Assembly: GCA_028693285.1 (NCBI GenBank)
Contig: JAQUVQ010000001.1
Span: 11,664-75,663, forward strand
DNA length: 64,000 nucleotides
Origin: Smithellaceae bacterium
Lineage (GTDB): Bacteria > Desulfobacterota > Syntrophia > Syntrophales > Smithellaceae
Direction: 5' to 3'
This document shows, one piece after another, positions 17,867 through 27,315 of the stretch; position 1 is the first letter of the stretch, and the number at the start of each line of letters is the position of its first letter. A program made the translations under genes and the position numbers. The notes beneath the pieces are model-generated. The model was given only the letters and a program-made list of their open reading frames with translations, had not been told where the DNA came from and did not search any database.

Positions 17867-19183
17867 ATGGATAAAAAATATCGCCTGGCCCTGGCATTGA
17901 TCCTCGTTTCTTTGTGGATGGTGAGCGCGGCCGGGTTTGCCGCCGGCAAGGTCTATATCGACATCGACGCACCTGGTTTTCAGCAGTTTCCCGTCGCAAT
18001 TCTGGATTTCCAAAACCAAAAGGCGGGGACGGGAGCCTCCCCGAATGATCCCGCCGACAGCATTCGGCGCTATCTCGACCTGACGGGAATCTTTCGCGTC
18101 CTGGATAAAAAAAGCTTCCTGGAAGGGATTGAGCCGGGATCACCCGAGGTCATCCGCTTTTCCGACTGGTCGGCGATCGGCGCTGATTTTCTGCTGCGGG
18201 GCAATCTGAGGGACGGAGGAAACGGCCTGTCCGCGGAAAGCCGTCTGTATGACGTCACGCGCGGCCAGGTGATTTTCGAAAAGAAATATTCGGCCCCGGA
18301 CGGCAGCCCGCAGACGCTGGGGCTCTCCATCGCTTCGGACATTCTTCTGGCGCTGACCGGGGATGCAGGAGACTTCCGCACCCGGATCGCTTTCGTGATC
18401 AAAAAAAAATCCGGCTCCGACATTTTCACCATGAATTATGACGCTTCCGATCTGAAAAACATGACGAATGACCACAGCATCGTCGCCGCGCCCCGCTGGT
18501 CGCCGGATGGCCGGTATTTTGCCTTTACATCCTATAAAAACGGCCGGCCCATGGTGTTTCTGCGCCATTTGAAGACCGGAAAAGAAAAAACCATCGCTTC
18601 TTTTTCCGGCCTCAATCTGTGCGGTTCCTTCTCGCCGGACGGCAGAAAAATCCTGCTGACGCTGAGCAAGGACGGCAACGAGGAAATTTATGCCCTGGAT
18701 ATTGAAACGATGCATCTGAATCGCCTGACGAACAGTTTTTCGATAGACGTTTCCCCCGCCTGGTCTCCCGACGGCCGGAAAATCGCCTTTGTCTCCAACC
18801 GCTCCGGCTCCCCGCAGATCTTCGTCATGGACGCGGACGGAAGCAACGTGAAGCGGGTCACTTTCGAAGGCAACTACAACACGTCTCCATCCTGGTCTCC
18901 CCGCGGGGGAAGGATCGCCTATGAAGGCCTGATCAACCGGAAGTATCAGATTTTCTCCGCGGATGAGGAAGGCAACAACCTGATTCAGCTGACTTTCGAT
19001 GAAGCGGACAACGAATACCCTTCCTGGTCTCCCTCCGGCAGGCAGATTGTTTTCCACTCCCGGCAAAACGGCAAAAGCCGAATCTGCATCATGAACGCCA
19101 ACGGAATGAACCTGCGCGTCTTGAAGGAAAGCAGGGACTTGCTGGTGATGCCGGCATGGTCCCCGAGGCCCGGAAAACAGTAA
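17867..19183 (+). CDS. tolB: Tol-Pal system beta-propeller protein TolB
   Basis: Start at ATG 17867 (MDKKYRLALALILVSLWMVSAAGFA signal peptide). Repeated propeller blades of the P.WSPDG type (PRWSPDGRYFAF, SFSPDGRKILL, PAWSPDGRKIAF, PSWSPRGGRIAY, PSWSPSGRQIVF). Confidence 0.92.
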   Translation: MDKKYRLALALILVSLWMVSAAGFAAGKVYIDIDAPGFQQFPVAILDFQNQKAGTGASPNDPADSIRRYLDLTGIFRVLDKKSFLEGIEPGSPEVIRFSDWSAIGADFLLRGNLRDGGNGLSAESRLYDVTRGQVIFEKKYSAPDGSPQTLGLSIASDILLALTGDAGDFRTRIAFVIKKKSGSDIFTMNYDASDLKNMTNDHSIVAAPRWSPDGRYFAFTSYKNGRPMVFLRHLKTGKEKTIASFSGLNLCGSFSPDGRKILLTLSKDGNEEIYALDIETMHLNRLTNSFSIDVSPAWSPDGRKIAFVSNRSGSPQIFVMDADGSNVKRVTFEGNYNTSPSWSPRGGRIAYEGLINRKYQIFSADEEGNNLIQLTFDEADNEYPSWSPSGRQIVFHSRQNGKSRICIMNANGMNLRVLKESRDLLVMPAWSPRPGKQ

Positions 19184-19199
19184 GATTCCATAATTTTTA

Positions 19200-19229
19200 T
19201 TGACGCGAAGCCGCAAGTTATGTTTTAAT
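19200..19229 (+). promoter_or_regulatory. candidate internal promoter upstream of pal
   Basis: TTGACG (19200-19205), 18-nt spacer, TTTAAT (19224-19229), in the tolB-pal spacer. Confidence 0.35.
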
Positions 19230-19274
19230 TCGCGCAAATTCCGACATACTATAAAATAACGAAAGGAGAACATC

Positions 19275-19907
19275 ATGAACAGACATTTAACTGTAATCGG
19301 ATTACTTCTGATTTTTGTCTTCAGTTTAACCATATTCAGCGGTTGCGCGGAAAAACAGGCGGTAGTGAAGGATGAGGCGATGCAGGAACAGAAGGTGGCG
19401 GCTGCGCAGGAAGGCGCTCCGGCGCCTGTTGCGGCCGATGACGATGCCGCCTTGAGGGCAAAAGAGGCCGCGGACAGGGAAGCCGCGCTGAAAGAACAGG
19501 CGGCCAAAGACGAAGCGGCCAGAAAAGCGGCCGCCCGCGCGGCCTGGGCCAAAAAGAACGCGGAGGCGCTGGTGGATCTCAACATACAGAATATTTACTT
19601 TGATTACGACAAATCCGGCATCCGGCCCGATGCACGCGAAATCCTGAAAGCCAACGCCGAAATCTTCACCAAAAACAGCGCCGCGAAAATCATTGTGGAA
19701 GGCCACTGCGATGAAAGAGGAACGGCCGAATACAACATGGCCCTGGGCGAAAGACGCGCTCAGGAAGCCAAGCAGTACCTGGTCAATCTGGGCATTGACG
19801 CTTCCCGGATTGAAACCATCAGCTACGGCAAGGAACGTCCGCTGGACAACCGCAGCATTGATGAAGCCTGGGCGCAGAACAGACGTGCGCAGTTTCTTTT
19901 AAAATAG
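19275..19907 (+). CDS. pal: peptidoglycan-associated lipoprotein Pal (OmpA-like domain)
   Basis: Lipobox LTIFSGC. Ala/Glu/Lys-rich linker. OmpA-like domain IYFDYDKSGIRPDAREILKANA...EGHCDERGTAEYNMALGERRA. Confidence 0.9.
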   Translation: MNRHLTVIGLLLIFVFSLTIFSGCAEKQAVVKDEAMQEQKVAAAQEGAPAPVAADDDAALRAKEAADREAALKEQAAKDEAARKAAARAAWAKKNAEALVDLNIQNIYFDYDKSGIRPDAREILKANAEIFTKNSAAKIIVEGHCDERGTAEYNMALGERRAQEAKQYLVNLGIDASRIETISYGKERPLDNRSIDEAWAQNRRAQFLLK

Positions 19908-19931
19908 CCGGGTCTGCCACGGGAGACATTT

Positions 19932-20756
19932 TTGAAACGCTTTTGGTATCTCATACTGCCGGCAATGGTTTTTTCCCTTGCCGCATGCGCGACCTCTTCG
20001 GATTTAAAGGCGCTCCGCACCGAGCTGAACCAGCAGATGGAAGCAAAATTCGCCGCGGCGGACACCCGGCTGGATGACCGGGTGTCCGCCGTGCAAAACG
20101 CGCAGGCGAAAAACACTGAAGACCTGGCCGCGCTGCGCAAGGCAACCGCCAACACCGGCGTCAACATCTCTGACCTTCGAGATCAGGTGCAGCAGCTGCG
20201 GGGTCAGGTCGAGACCCTGAAGAAGGAAACCGCCCGGGACCCCAAAAAAGACGCTGAAGTTCAGGAAAAGATCGACCAGCTGCTGGTGAAAGTCAACTTC
20301 ATCGAGAACTTTCTGGAAATCGGGAAAAAAGACGCGGCAGGAGCCGGCAACGGCGCGACTCCCGGCAAGGATCATGGAAAGCAGGGCAAGGCGGCGGTCT
20401 ATGCGGCGGCTTACTCGACCTTTAAAAACGGCCAGTACACGAAGGCCAGGGAGGCGTTTCAGGACTTTTTGACGGCGCATCCGACAGGCGAGTATTCCGA
20501 CAATGCCCAGTTCTGGATTGGAGAGTGCTATTTTTTTGAAAAGAACTATGAAAAAGCCATTCTGGAATATGAAAAAGTAACCAAAAAATTCCCCAGCAGC
20601 AATAAAGTGCCCTACGCGCTTTTAAAGCAGGGACTCTGCTTTCAAAATCTTGGCGACAAGGTCAGCGCCAGGCTCCTTTTGCAGCAGGTCATCAAGGACT
20701 ATCCCAACACCAACCAGGCGAGAATCGCCCGTTCCAAACTTCAGGAAATCAAATAG
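19932..20756 (+). CDS. cpoB: Tol-Pal system protein CpoB (YbgF), coiled coil plus TPR
   Basis: TTG start. Signal/lipobox-like N-terminus (SLAACA), a coiled-coil segment, and a C-terminal YbgF TPR block (YAAAYSTFKNGQYTKAREAFQDFLTAHPTGEYSDNAQFWIGECYF). Confidence 0.8.
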   Translation: MKRFWYLILPAMVFSLAACATSSDLKALRTELNQQMEAKFAAADTRLDDRVSAVQNAQAKNTEDLAALRKATANTGVNISDLRDQVQQLRGQVETLKKETARDPKKDAEVQEKIDQLLVKVNFIENFLEIGKKDAAGAGNGATPGKDHGKQGKAAVYAAAYSTFKNGQYTKAREAFQDFLTAHPTGEYSDNAQFWIGECYFFEKNYEKAILEYEKVTKKFPSSNKVPYALLKQGLCFQNLGDKVSARLLLQQVIKDYPNTNQARIARSKLQEIK

Positions 20757-20824
20757 GGACAAAACCTTCCGTCTCCCGCCGATGATCCGTGGACCGGGTC
20801 CGTCTTGCGTCCGCCGCCGCGGCT

Positions 20825-21607
20825 TCAATCCAAACGGATGATCTTCACGCCGTCCGGAACCGGCAGGGCAAACACCGACGGATCCGCTGACGGCTCAATC
20901 TTCAAATCGTCGTATTCCACGCGGACGGATGCTTCCCGGTCCGCCCATTGAATGAAAATTTTTCCGGGCAGGGCAAGCGAAGGCCCGTAGCCCTCATAGC
21001 GCACCGAATATATTTCCTTGCCGTCCGGAGCATACCGGACCAGCCTCGTCAAGGGTCCGCTTTTTTCCATCCAGATCGTTTGCGAAGGCCCCGAAGGGGT
21101 TTTCATGTCCACGCGCAGTCCGCCGCTCTCTTCGGAATGCCGGTACGTCACGCCGGCTGCGTCCAGACGCGGGCAGGCGCCGGAAAGAATCATCACCAGG
21201 TCTTCAAGATTCAGCGCCCAAGGCAGGAAACGGGCCATGTTTTCAGCGGAGGGGCTTCCCGCGTAAAATTCATTCTGCGACGGGATCCATATTCTCATCT
21301 CTTTCGGCGTCGCGCTGAGAAAAAAACCGGGCGTGCCGATCACCGGAAGCGCCTCCAGGCGGAGAAAGGAAGGCTTCTGCAAAACCAGAGCGGCCCGAAG
21401 GGGATAATGCCCCTCCGTCGCGGACAGGTCCATCCGTGCCGTGGCGACGATCCTGTCCGTTTCCCCGGGGGTCCGCCGGATCCTCTCCGCGGAATCCGGA
21501 GAAGAGGCGGGACCGGTAAAAGCCAGGCCGGCGGCGCACCCGCACGCCAGAAGCGACAGGAGCAACATTGCCATAATCCCCGCGGCGGGAGCATATCCAT
21601 GACGCAT
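20825..21607 (-). CDS. outer-membrane lipoprotein, DUF4292 / LolB-like
   Basis: Lipobox LLACGC after MRHGYAPAAGIMAMLLLS. The body (RMDLSATEGHYPLRAALVLQKPSFLRLEALPVIGTPGFFLSATPKEMRIWIP) resembles the LolB/DUF4292 fold family, judged from memory of the family. Start could be 21640, 21607 or 21574. Confidence 0.5.
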   Translation of the reverse strand: MRHGYAPAAGIMAMLLLSLLACGCAAGLAFTGPASSPDSAERIRRTPGETDRIVATARMDLSATEGHYPLRAALVLQKPSFLRLEALPVIGTPGFFLSATPKEMRIWIPSQNEFYAGSPSAENMARFLPWALNLEDLVMILSGACPRLDAAGVTYRHSEESGGLRVDMKTPSGPSQTIWMEKSGPLTRLVRYAPDGKEIYSVRYEGYGPSLALPGKIFIQWADREASVRVEYDDLKIEPSADPSVFALPVPDGVKIIRLD

Positions 21608-21646
21608 GCGGCATATCCTGAGCGTGTGATACGCGGACAAAGGGTT

Positions 21647-23350
21647 CTAGGGTTTCAAAAGGTCCATCTTGTTCTTCAGGCGGCTGTTGGCCGGATCCGC
21701 TTTGATGGCCTTCCGGTACCATTCCAGCGCCTCTTGCCGTCGGCCGGTTTCGAAATACACGTCTCCCAGGTGCTCCATGACGCCGGGATCCTCCGGCAGA
21801 AACTCCAGGGCTTTCTTCAGGTAGGTCAGCGCGCTTTCGTAGTTGCTTTTCCTGAAATGCACCCATCCCATGGAATCCAGAATGTAGCCGCTGTCCGGTT
21901 TGATCTTCAGCGCCTGAACGATCATTTGCTCGGCCTCGTCCAGGTGGATCCCGCGGTCGGCATAGCTGTAGCCGATAAAGTTGAGGGCGTCGGCATTGCC
22001 CGGATCGAGCGAAAGCACCCGCCTCATGGATTGAATGCTCTCCTCGAGACGGCCTGTTTTCTCCAGCAGCGCCCCCAGAAGATAATGCAGGTCGGTGTTG
22101 CCGGGAAAAAGACTTATGCCTTCCCGGATTGTTTTTTCCGCCGCGGCCATGTCTTTCTTCTCTTCATACAGAGACGACAGATACAGGTGCAGCACGGCCT
22201 GATCTTTTTTTTGGCCGATGGCCCGGCGGATAATCCCGATCGCGCCCGCGGAATCTCCTTCCAGATTGGTCAGCCTGGCCGCCTGGATCTGGGCGTTGGC
22301 GTACAGCTCAAACTTCGGGGAGATCTTCTGATACTCGGTCAGGGCCTTTTGCCGATCCCCTTTTTGCTCCAGAACGCTGGCCAGCAGGTACCGCAGCTTG
22401 TCGTCGGCGGGCGTTTTCTCCAAAAGCAGCGCAAACTCGGCAGCCGCCTCGTCATACCGGCGCATATCGAAGTACAAAAGCCCCAGCGCCATGATCACTT
22501 CCCGGTTGTCGGGGCTGATCTTCAGCACTTCCCGCAGTTCCTTTTCCGCCGCTTCCTCCCGGTTTGCTTTCATCTGCAGCTCCGCAATCTTTACGCGGAT
22601 GCCGATCCGGGCGGGATGGACGGCCAGATAGCGCCGGTAAACACCGATGGCTTCATCATACCGGTTCCGGCTTTCATACAGCGCGGCAAGTCCCGTCCAG
22701 GCCGCCTCAAAGGCCGGCCTTTGCGCGATAATTTTCTGATAGAGGCTCTCCGCGTCCGCCGGCCGGTTCATCTGGCTCAGGGTTTTGGCGTAATAAAACA
22801 TCCCGATGATGTTGTCGGGATCGAGCGCCAGCAATTCCCGGTAGGCCTTTTCGGCCTCGGCATATTTCTTTTCCTGGCTGTAAATGGTCGCCAGATAAAG
22901 ATACGCGACGGCATTGTCCGGATCCGTTTCCGTGACGGTCCGGTACTCCTGAACGGCTTTGTCGTATTCACGCAGATTGAAATAGAGGCCGCCCATGATG
23001 GAGCGAAGTTCGATGTTGCCCGGCTGCCTGGCCAGGGTTGCTTCGCCCAGCGCCAAAGCCGGCTCGACATCGCCGTTTTCAACGTAAAGCGAGACGAGCT
23101 CGGTATTCAAATAAGGCGAATCGGGGGAAAAGGAAAGCGCGCGCTTCATGTGATCGATGGATTCTGCCGGACGGCCGTCCAGCCTGGACAGGACAGCCAG
23201 GGAATAGTGATAGGCGGCCTCTTTGGAATATGTCTCCGGAGCGGGATCGGGCGCCGCCGGACGCGTCCGGGCGGGAAAAGAAGCGCAACCGGCCAAAAGC
23301 GCCCAAAACAGCAATCCGCAGATCAGGAGAGGAATATGCTTTTTTTGCAT
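21647..23350 (-). CDS. tetratricopeptide-repeat lipoprotein
   Basis: 567 aa. Lipobox LLAGCAS, then about 14 consecutive 34-aa TPR-like units (recurrent A..Y/F..AL..DP.N patterns). Confidence 0.8.
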   Translation of the reverse strand: MQKKHIPLLICGLLFWALLAGCASFPARTRPAAPDPAPETYSKEAAYHYSLAVLSRLDGRPAESIDHMKRALSFSPDSPYLNTELVSLYVENGDVEPALALGEATLARQPGNIELRSIMGGLYFNLREYDKAVQEYRTVTETDPDNAVAYLYLATIYSQEKKYAEAEKAYRELLALDPDNIIGMFYYAKTLSQMNRPADAESLYQKIIAQRPAFEAAWTGLAALYESRNRYDEAIGVYRRYLAVHPARIGIRVKIAELQMKANREEAAEKELREVLKISPDNREVIMALGLLYFDMRRYDEAAAEFALLLEKTPADDKLRYLLASVLEQKGDRQKALTEYQKISPKFELYANAQIQAARLTNLEGDSAGAIGIIRRAIGQKKDQAVLHLYLSSLYEEKKDMAAAEKTIREGISLFPGNTDLHYLLGALLEKTGRLEESIQSMRRVLSLDPGNADALNFIGYSYADRGIHLDEAEQMIVQALKIKPDSGYILDSMGWVHFRKSNYESALTYLKKALEFLPEDPGVMEHLGDVYFETGRRQEALEWYRKAIKADPANSRLKNKMDLLKP

Positions 23351-23397
23351 AGGAGACGTTTGCCTTCGCTTCCTGTTTTCGGAGCAGCAGGGAATTT

Positions 23398-24348
23398 TCA
23401 GGATGCCCCTTCCGGCTTTGACTTCGAAAGCAGCGCCGAAACCGGAACGATGGCGATCCCCTGTTCCCGGAAGACTTTGCCGGCCTCCCGAACGGCCCGA
23501 ATGGTTTCAGGATACGGATGGCCGATCACGATCAGCGGCGAGTTTCCGTCCGACGCCCGGGCAGCCTCCATGAGAATCCGGTAAATCCTGGAATAGTCCC
23601 GTTCATTGTCCAGAAAGATTTTTCTGGACGCAACTCTCAGACGGGCCCTTTGCGCCGCCGCCTGCGTCTTTGAATTCCCCGTGGTCCGGGAATCAATAAA
23701 AAACAGATTTCTCTTTTTAATCTCACGAAAAACCAGCGTCAGCTTCTCCTCGTCCGCCATGAATTTGGAACCCATGTGATTGTTGACGCCGGAGGCATAC
23801 GGCACGGACGCCATATTTCGCTCCATCTGAAAGAGGATCTCCTCGTTGTTCATATCCGTAAAAAGAGCGCCGCTGCCCGGCTTTTCCTTCGGATAGGAAA
23901 GCGGCTCCATGGGCAGATGCAGAAGAATTTCGCGGCCGGCCCGATGAAGCGTTTCCGCCGCTTCGCGCGAATGGGGAAGAAGCGGCAGAACGGCAAAGGT
24001 GATGTTCGCGTCAATGTCCAGCAGTTCGCGCACCGGCTTCATGTCCTGGCCGATGTCGTCGATGATAATCGCCACCTGCCGCCCTTCCGTCCGGGACGGT
24101 GCGGCTTCTGTCCCGACGCCGCTTTCCGGCGGCGGCACGGCGTCTTTTGCCGCACGGGGCTGTGTTTTCGCGGCGGCCCGGCTTTCCGCGGCGGAAGGCT
24201 TTGCCCGCTTTTCCGCCGCACGCGGCGGTGCGACTTTTTCCGTTTCTTCACGGTCCGACAGGACCATGAAGAAGATGGCGGCGACGGCCAGGACGATCAG
24301 AACGATCAGAACGGCTGCCGCACTCTTGATCTTTTTCTTCTTTTTCAT
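23398..24348 (-). CDS. divergent polysaccharide deacetylase family protein (YibQ-like)
   Basis: 316 aa. N-terminal TM segment and a Pro/Ala-rich linker. YibQ core: VAIIIDDIGQDMKPVRELLDIDANITFAVLPLLPHSREAAETLHRAGREILLHLPMEP...GVNNHMGSKF. Confidence 0.8.
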   Translation of the reverse strand: MKKKKKIKSAAAVLIVLIVLAVAAIFFMVLSDREETEKVAPPRAAEKRAKPSAAESRAAAKTQPRAAKDAVPPPESGVGTEAAPSRTEGRQVAIIIDDIGQDMKPVRELLDIDANITFAVLPLLPHSREAAETLHRAGREILLHLPMEPLSYPKEKPGSGALFTDMNNEEILFQMERNMASVPYASGVNNHMGSKFMADEEKLTLVFREIKKRNLFFIDSRTTGNSKTQAAAQRARLRVASRKIFLDNERDYSRIYRILMEAARASDGNSPLIVIGHPYPETIRAVREAGKVFREQGIAIVPVSALLSKSKPEGAS

Positions 24349-24382
24349 GGCCGTCGGTGTTGAACCCCCGGAATCCGCATCC

Positions 24383-25714
24383 TCATTTGGCCAGGTTTTT
24401 CTTCATGATATCCCAGCTTTTCAAAATATCGATCGCCGTCTTGAGTTGATTGTCCCTGGTCAGATCGGTCGTTTCCCTGGTGTCTCCGTTTTGATTGTCG
24501 TCGGGCTTCGCCGTATCTTCTTTGGCCGGTTTGATGTGTCCCTTGAGATCCTTTTCCCGAAGCCTTTCCCCCGGCGGATTTTCCGGCTCTTCCGCCGGCC
24601 GCACTAGCTTGACGACAATGTCCGGCTGAATGCCCTCGGCCTGAATGGACCTGCCGTTGGGCGTATAGTACCGGGCCGTCGTCAATTTCAGCGCGGAACC
24701 GTCCTCCAGGGGAATCACGGTCTGCACGGACGCCTTGCCGAAGGTTTGCGTCCCCACGATCAGCGCCCGGCCGTTGTCCTGCACGGCGCCCGCCACGATC
24801 TCCGCCGCGCTGGCCGTGCCTTCGTTCACCAGGACCACCATGGGCACGACGACTTCCTTGTCGCCGCTGTCGCGCGCCGTGTTTTTGGTTTCCATCTTTT
24901 TCGTCCGGCCGCGGGTGGACACAATCACGCCCGACTTCAGAAACATGTCGGACACCTCGATGGCCTGGGTCAGAAGCCCGCCCGGATCATTTCGCAAATC
25001 CAGCACCAGTCCTTTCATGGGCCTGGTTTTTTCGGACACGTCGGTAAGCGCTTTGCGCAGGTCTTGAGCGGTCCGCTCCTGGAAAGAGGCGATCCGGATG
25101 TAGCCGATATGGTCATCCAGGGCCTTCGCCCTGACGCTTTTCACCTCGATCACGGCGCGGGTCAGCGTGATGTCCTTCGGCTGAACCATGTTTTCCCGCA
25201 TGATCGTGATGGTCACCTTGGTGTCTTTCGGGCCGCGCAGTTTTTTCACGGCCTCCATGATTGTAATGTCTTTTGTGGATTTGCCGTCAATCTTGATGAT
25301 CGAATCGCCGGATTTCACGCCCGCCTTGAACGCCGGCGTGTCCTCAATGGGGGACACCACCGTCAGCACGTCCTTCAGGATGGTAATTTCAATGCCGATA
25401 CCGCCGAAGCGCCCCTGCGTCTCCACTTCCAGTTCCCTGTATAGTTCAGGCGTCATGAATGCGCTGTGCGGATCGAGGGACTTGATCATGCCGTTGATCG
25501 CGCCCTGGATCAGCACCGAAGAATCGATATCCTCCACATAGTTCTTCTGCACCATGTCCAGCACTTCATTGAAGGTTTTAATCTCCTTGTAAATGTTCTT
25601 GTCCCGCGCGGAAACCCTGCTGTCGGAATAAGGTCCGAAGAAGACAAAAAGCCCGAAGAGGATCACGGCCAACACCGGCCACTTACCGGAAATATTTTTC
25701 ATGCTTCGCCTCAC
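24383..25714 (-). CDS. ctpA: carboxy-terminal processing protease (S41 family, PDZ domain)
   Basis: 443 aa. Signal/TM segment. PDZ region (GGIGIEITILKDVLTVVSPIEDTPAFKAGVKSGDSIIKIDG). S41 core (LVLDLRNDPGGLL, VVLVNEGTASAAEIVAGA, GKASVQ). Confidence 0.9.
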   Translation of the reverse strand: MRRSMKNISGKWPVLAVILFGLFVFFGPYSDSRVSARDKNIYKEIKTFNEVLDMVQKNYVEDIDSSVLIQGAINGMIKSLDPHSAFMTPELYRELEVETQGRFGGIGIEITILKDVLTVVSPIEDTPAFKAGVKSGDSIIKIDGKSTKDITIMEAVKKLRGPKDTKVTITIMRENMVQPKDITLTRAVIEVKSVRAKALDDHIGYIRIASFQERTAQDLRKALTDVSEKTRPMKGLVLDLRNDPGGLLTQAIEVSDMFLKSGVIVSTRGRTKKMETKNTARDSGDKEVVVPMVVLVNEGTASAAEIVAGAVQDNGRALIVGTQTFGKASVQTVIPLEDGSALKLTTARYYTPNGRSIQAEGIQPDIVVKLVRPAEEPENPPGERLREKDLKGHIKPAKEDTAKPDDNQNGDTRETTDLTRDNQLKTAIDILKSWDIMKKNLAK

Positions 25715-25829
25715 TGACCCGCAAAGATTTTATCGCACGCAAACGCAATGATTTTCATGACCGGCATTATATACCACTCCTTTTTTTCTTTTCCATCTAT
25801 TTTCGTGAAACAGCGAACCGGCCCGGTTC

Positions 25830-27302
25830 TCAATCGATGAGCCAGTCGGTCCGGCCCGCCGCATCCTTCAAGGCAATGCTCTGCGAAGCCAGCTCCCGGC
25901 GGATTTCATCAGCGCGGCCCCAGTCTTTATCGTCGCGGGCTTTTTGCCGCTCGGCAATCAGCGCCTCTACCCGGGGAATATCAATTCCGCGTTTTTCGGC
26001 TTCGATGTCGCGGTCCCTCGAGAAAAAGAGATCCGGGTCGGACTGAAAAACACCCAGCACATCGACAAAATGACGGAAGGCCTCCCGGGCGGTCTTCAGG
26101 ATGGCCTGTTTTTCGTCTGGAGGCATCTTTTTTTCCACCGTCATGACCTGGTTGACGAGCCGGGCGGCGTCAAACACAAAGCCCAGCGCCTGCGCCGTAT
26201 TAAAATCATCGTCCAGGGCAGCGTCGAATTTTTCCACGGATGCTCTCAATTTGGCCGCGAACTCCCCCCCGCCGGAGGCGGTTTCGGCGCCGCCCTGATG
26301 AACCTCCGCCGCCTGCGCATCCTTCAACAAACGAAGGGCGGTATAGCACCGGATCAGCGCGGTCCGGGATTCCCGGAGAGAGGCATCCGAATAATCCACG
26401 GGGCTTCGGTAATGGCTCTGCAGCATGAACAGCCGCAGAACTTCCGGATGGAACTGCCGGACGATCTCCCGGATCGGGAAAATGTTTCCCAGGGATTTGG
26501 ACATTTTTTCCGCATTGATCTTCACAAAACCGTTGTGCATCCAGTAATGGGCCGGAGGAACTCCGGTTGCCGCCTGGGATTGCGCGATTTCGTTTTCATG
26601 ATGCGGAAAGATCAGGTCTTCGCCTCCTCCATGAATATCAAAAGGCTCTCCCAGGTAGCGCCGGCTCATCGCCGAACACTCGATATGCCATCCCGGCCTG
26701 CCCATTCCCCACGGACTGTCCCAGGAAGGCTCGCCTTCCTTGCTTCTCTTCCAGAGCACGAAATCCAGCGGATTTCTTTTCTTGTCGTTGACATCCACGC
26801 GGGCGCCGGCCATCATTTCATCCAGGTTTCGGCCGGACAATCCGCCGTATGCTGAAAATTTGGCGACCGCGAAGAACACGTCTCCGTCCACCGCGTAGGC
26901 GATCCCTTTTTCTTCGAGAGTCCGGATCAGCGCAATCATGTCCTCCATGTGCCCCGTGGCTCTCGGGGTGACCGTCGGCGCGAGGACGTTGAGGGCGGCC
27001 ATATCTTCATCGTGCAGCGCTATGTAGCGTTCGGCGATCTCGGCAATGCCGACGCCTTCCCGATTCGCCCGATCGATGATTTTGTCGTCGATGTCGGTGA
27101 AATTTTTCACATACGTCACGTCGTAGCCGCGCGCCTTCAGATGGCGGAAAACGACGTCAAACACAACCGCCGCGCGGGCGTGGCCGATATGGCAGACATC
27201 GTAGGCCGTGATGCCGCACACGTACATTCCGACCGCGCCTTCGCGGACCGGCTGGAAGATTTCTTTTTTTCTTGTCTTCGTATTATAGATTTTTTGGGCC
27301 AT
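25830..27302 (-). CDS. cysS: cysteine--tRNA ligase
   Basis: HIGHAR and KMSKSLGN class I motifs. Start at Met14 of the track ORF (ATG 27302), just downstream of the argC stop at 27316. Confidence 0.93.
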   Translation of the reverse strand: MAQKIYNTKTRKKEIFQPVREGAVGMYVCGITAYDVCHIGHARAAVVFDVVFRHLKARGYDVTYVKNFTDIDDKIIDRANREGVGIAEIAERYIALHDEDMAALNVLAPTVTPRATGHMEDMIALIRTLEEKGIAYAVDGDVFFAVAKFSAYGGLSGRNLDEMMAGARVDVNDKKRNPLDFVLWKRSKEGEPSWDSPWGMGRPGWHIECSAMSRRYLGEPFDIHGGGEDLIFPHHENEIAQSQAATGVPPAHYWMHNGFVKINAEKMSKSLGNIFPIREIVRQFHPEVLRLFMLQSHYRSPVDYSDASLRESRTALIRCYTALRLLKDAQAAEVHQGGAETASGGGEFAAKLRASVEKFDAALDDDFNTAQALGFVFDAARLVNQVMTVEKKMPPDEKQAILKTAREAFRHFVDVLGVFQSDPDLFFSRDRDIEAEKRGIDIPRVEALIAERQKARDDKDWGRADEIRRELASQSIALKDAAGRTDWLID

Positions 27303-27315
27303 TTTCTTGCCTTTT

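Noticed and set aside
19380-19570. An Ala/Glu/Lys-rich stretch in pal that looked like a nucleotide repeat (GCGGC/GAAG-rich).
   Set aside because: No exact tandem unit exists. It encodes a low-complexity linker (AAQEGAPAPVAADDDAALRAKEAADREAALKEQAAKDEAARKAAARAAWAKK) between the lipid anchor and the OmpA-like domain, which is common in Pal/OmpA proteins.
18140-19585. A 481-aa minus-strand ORF overlapping tolB and pal.
   Set aside because: It is antisense to two genes with unmistakable family motifs. Its product is Ala/Ser/Arg-rich with no recognisable domain, and there is no RBS context.
20948-23584. An 878-aa plus-strand ORF, the longest unexplained ORF in the track.
   Set aside because: It runs antisense across three well-supported minus-strand genes (the DUF4292-like lipoprotein, the TPR lipoprotein and the YibQ C-terminus). 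Its translation is Arg/Gly/Pro-rich low-information sequence with no motifs. Long stop-free antisense frames are expected at this GC content.
25812-25826. A GAACCGG-G-CCGGTTC dyad overlapping the cysS stop codon, considered as a terminator.
   Set aside because: It has only a 6-bp stem with a 3-nt loop and no following U-tract, so the evidence is insufficient.
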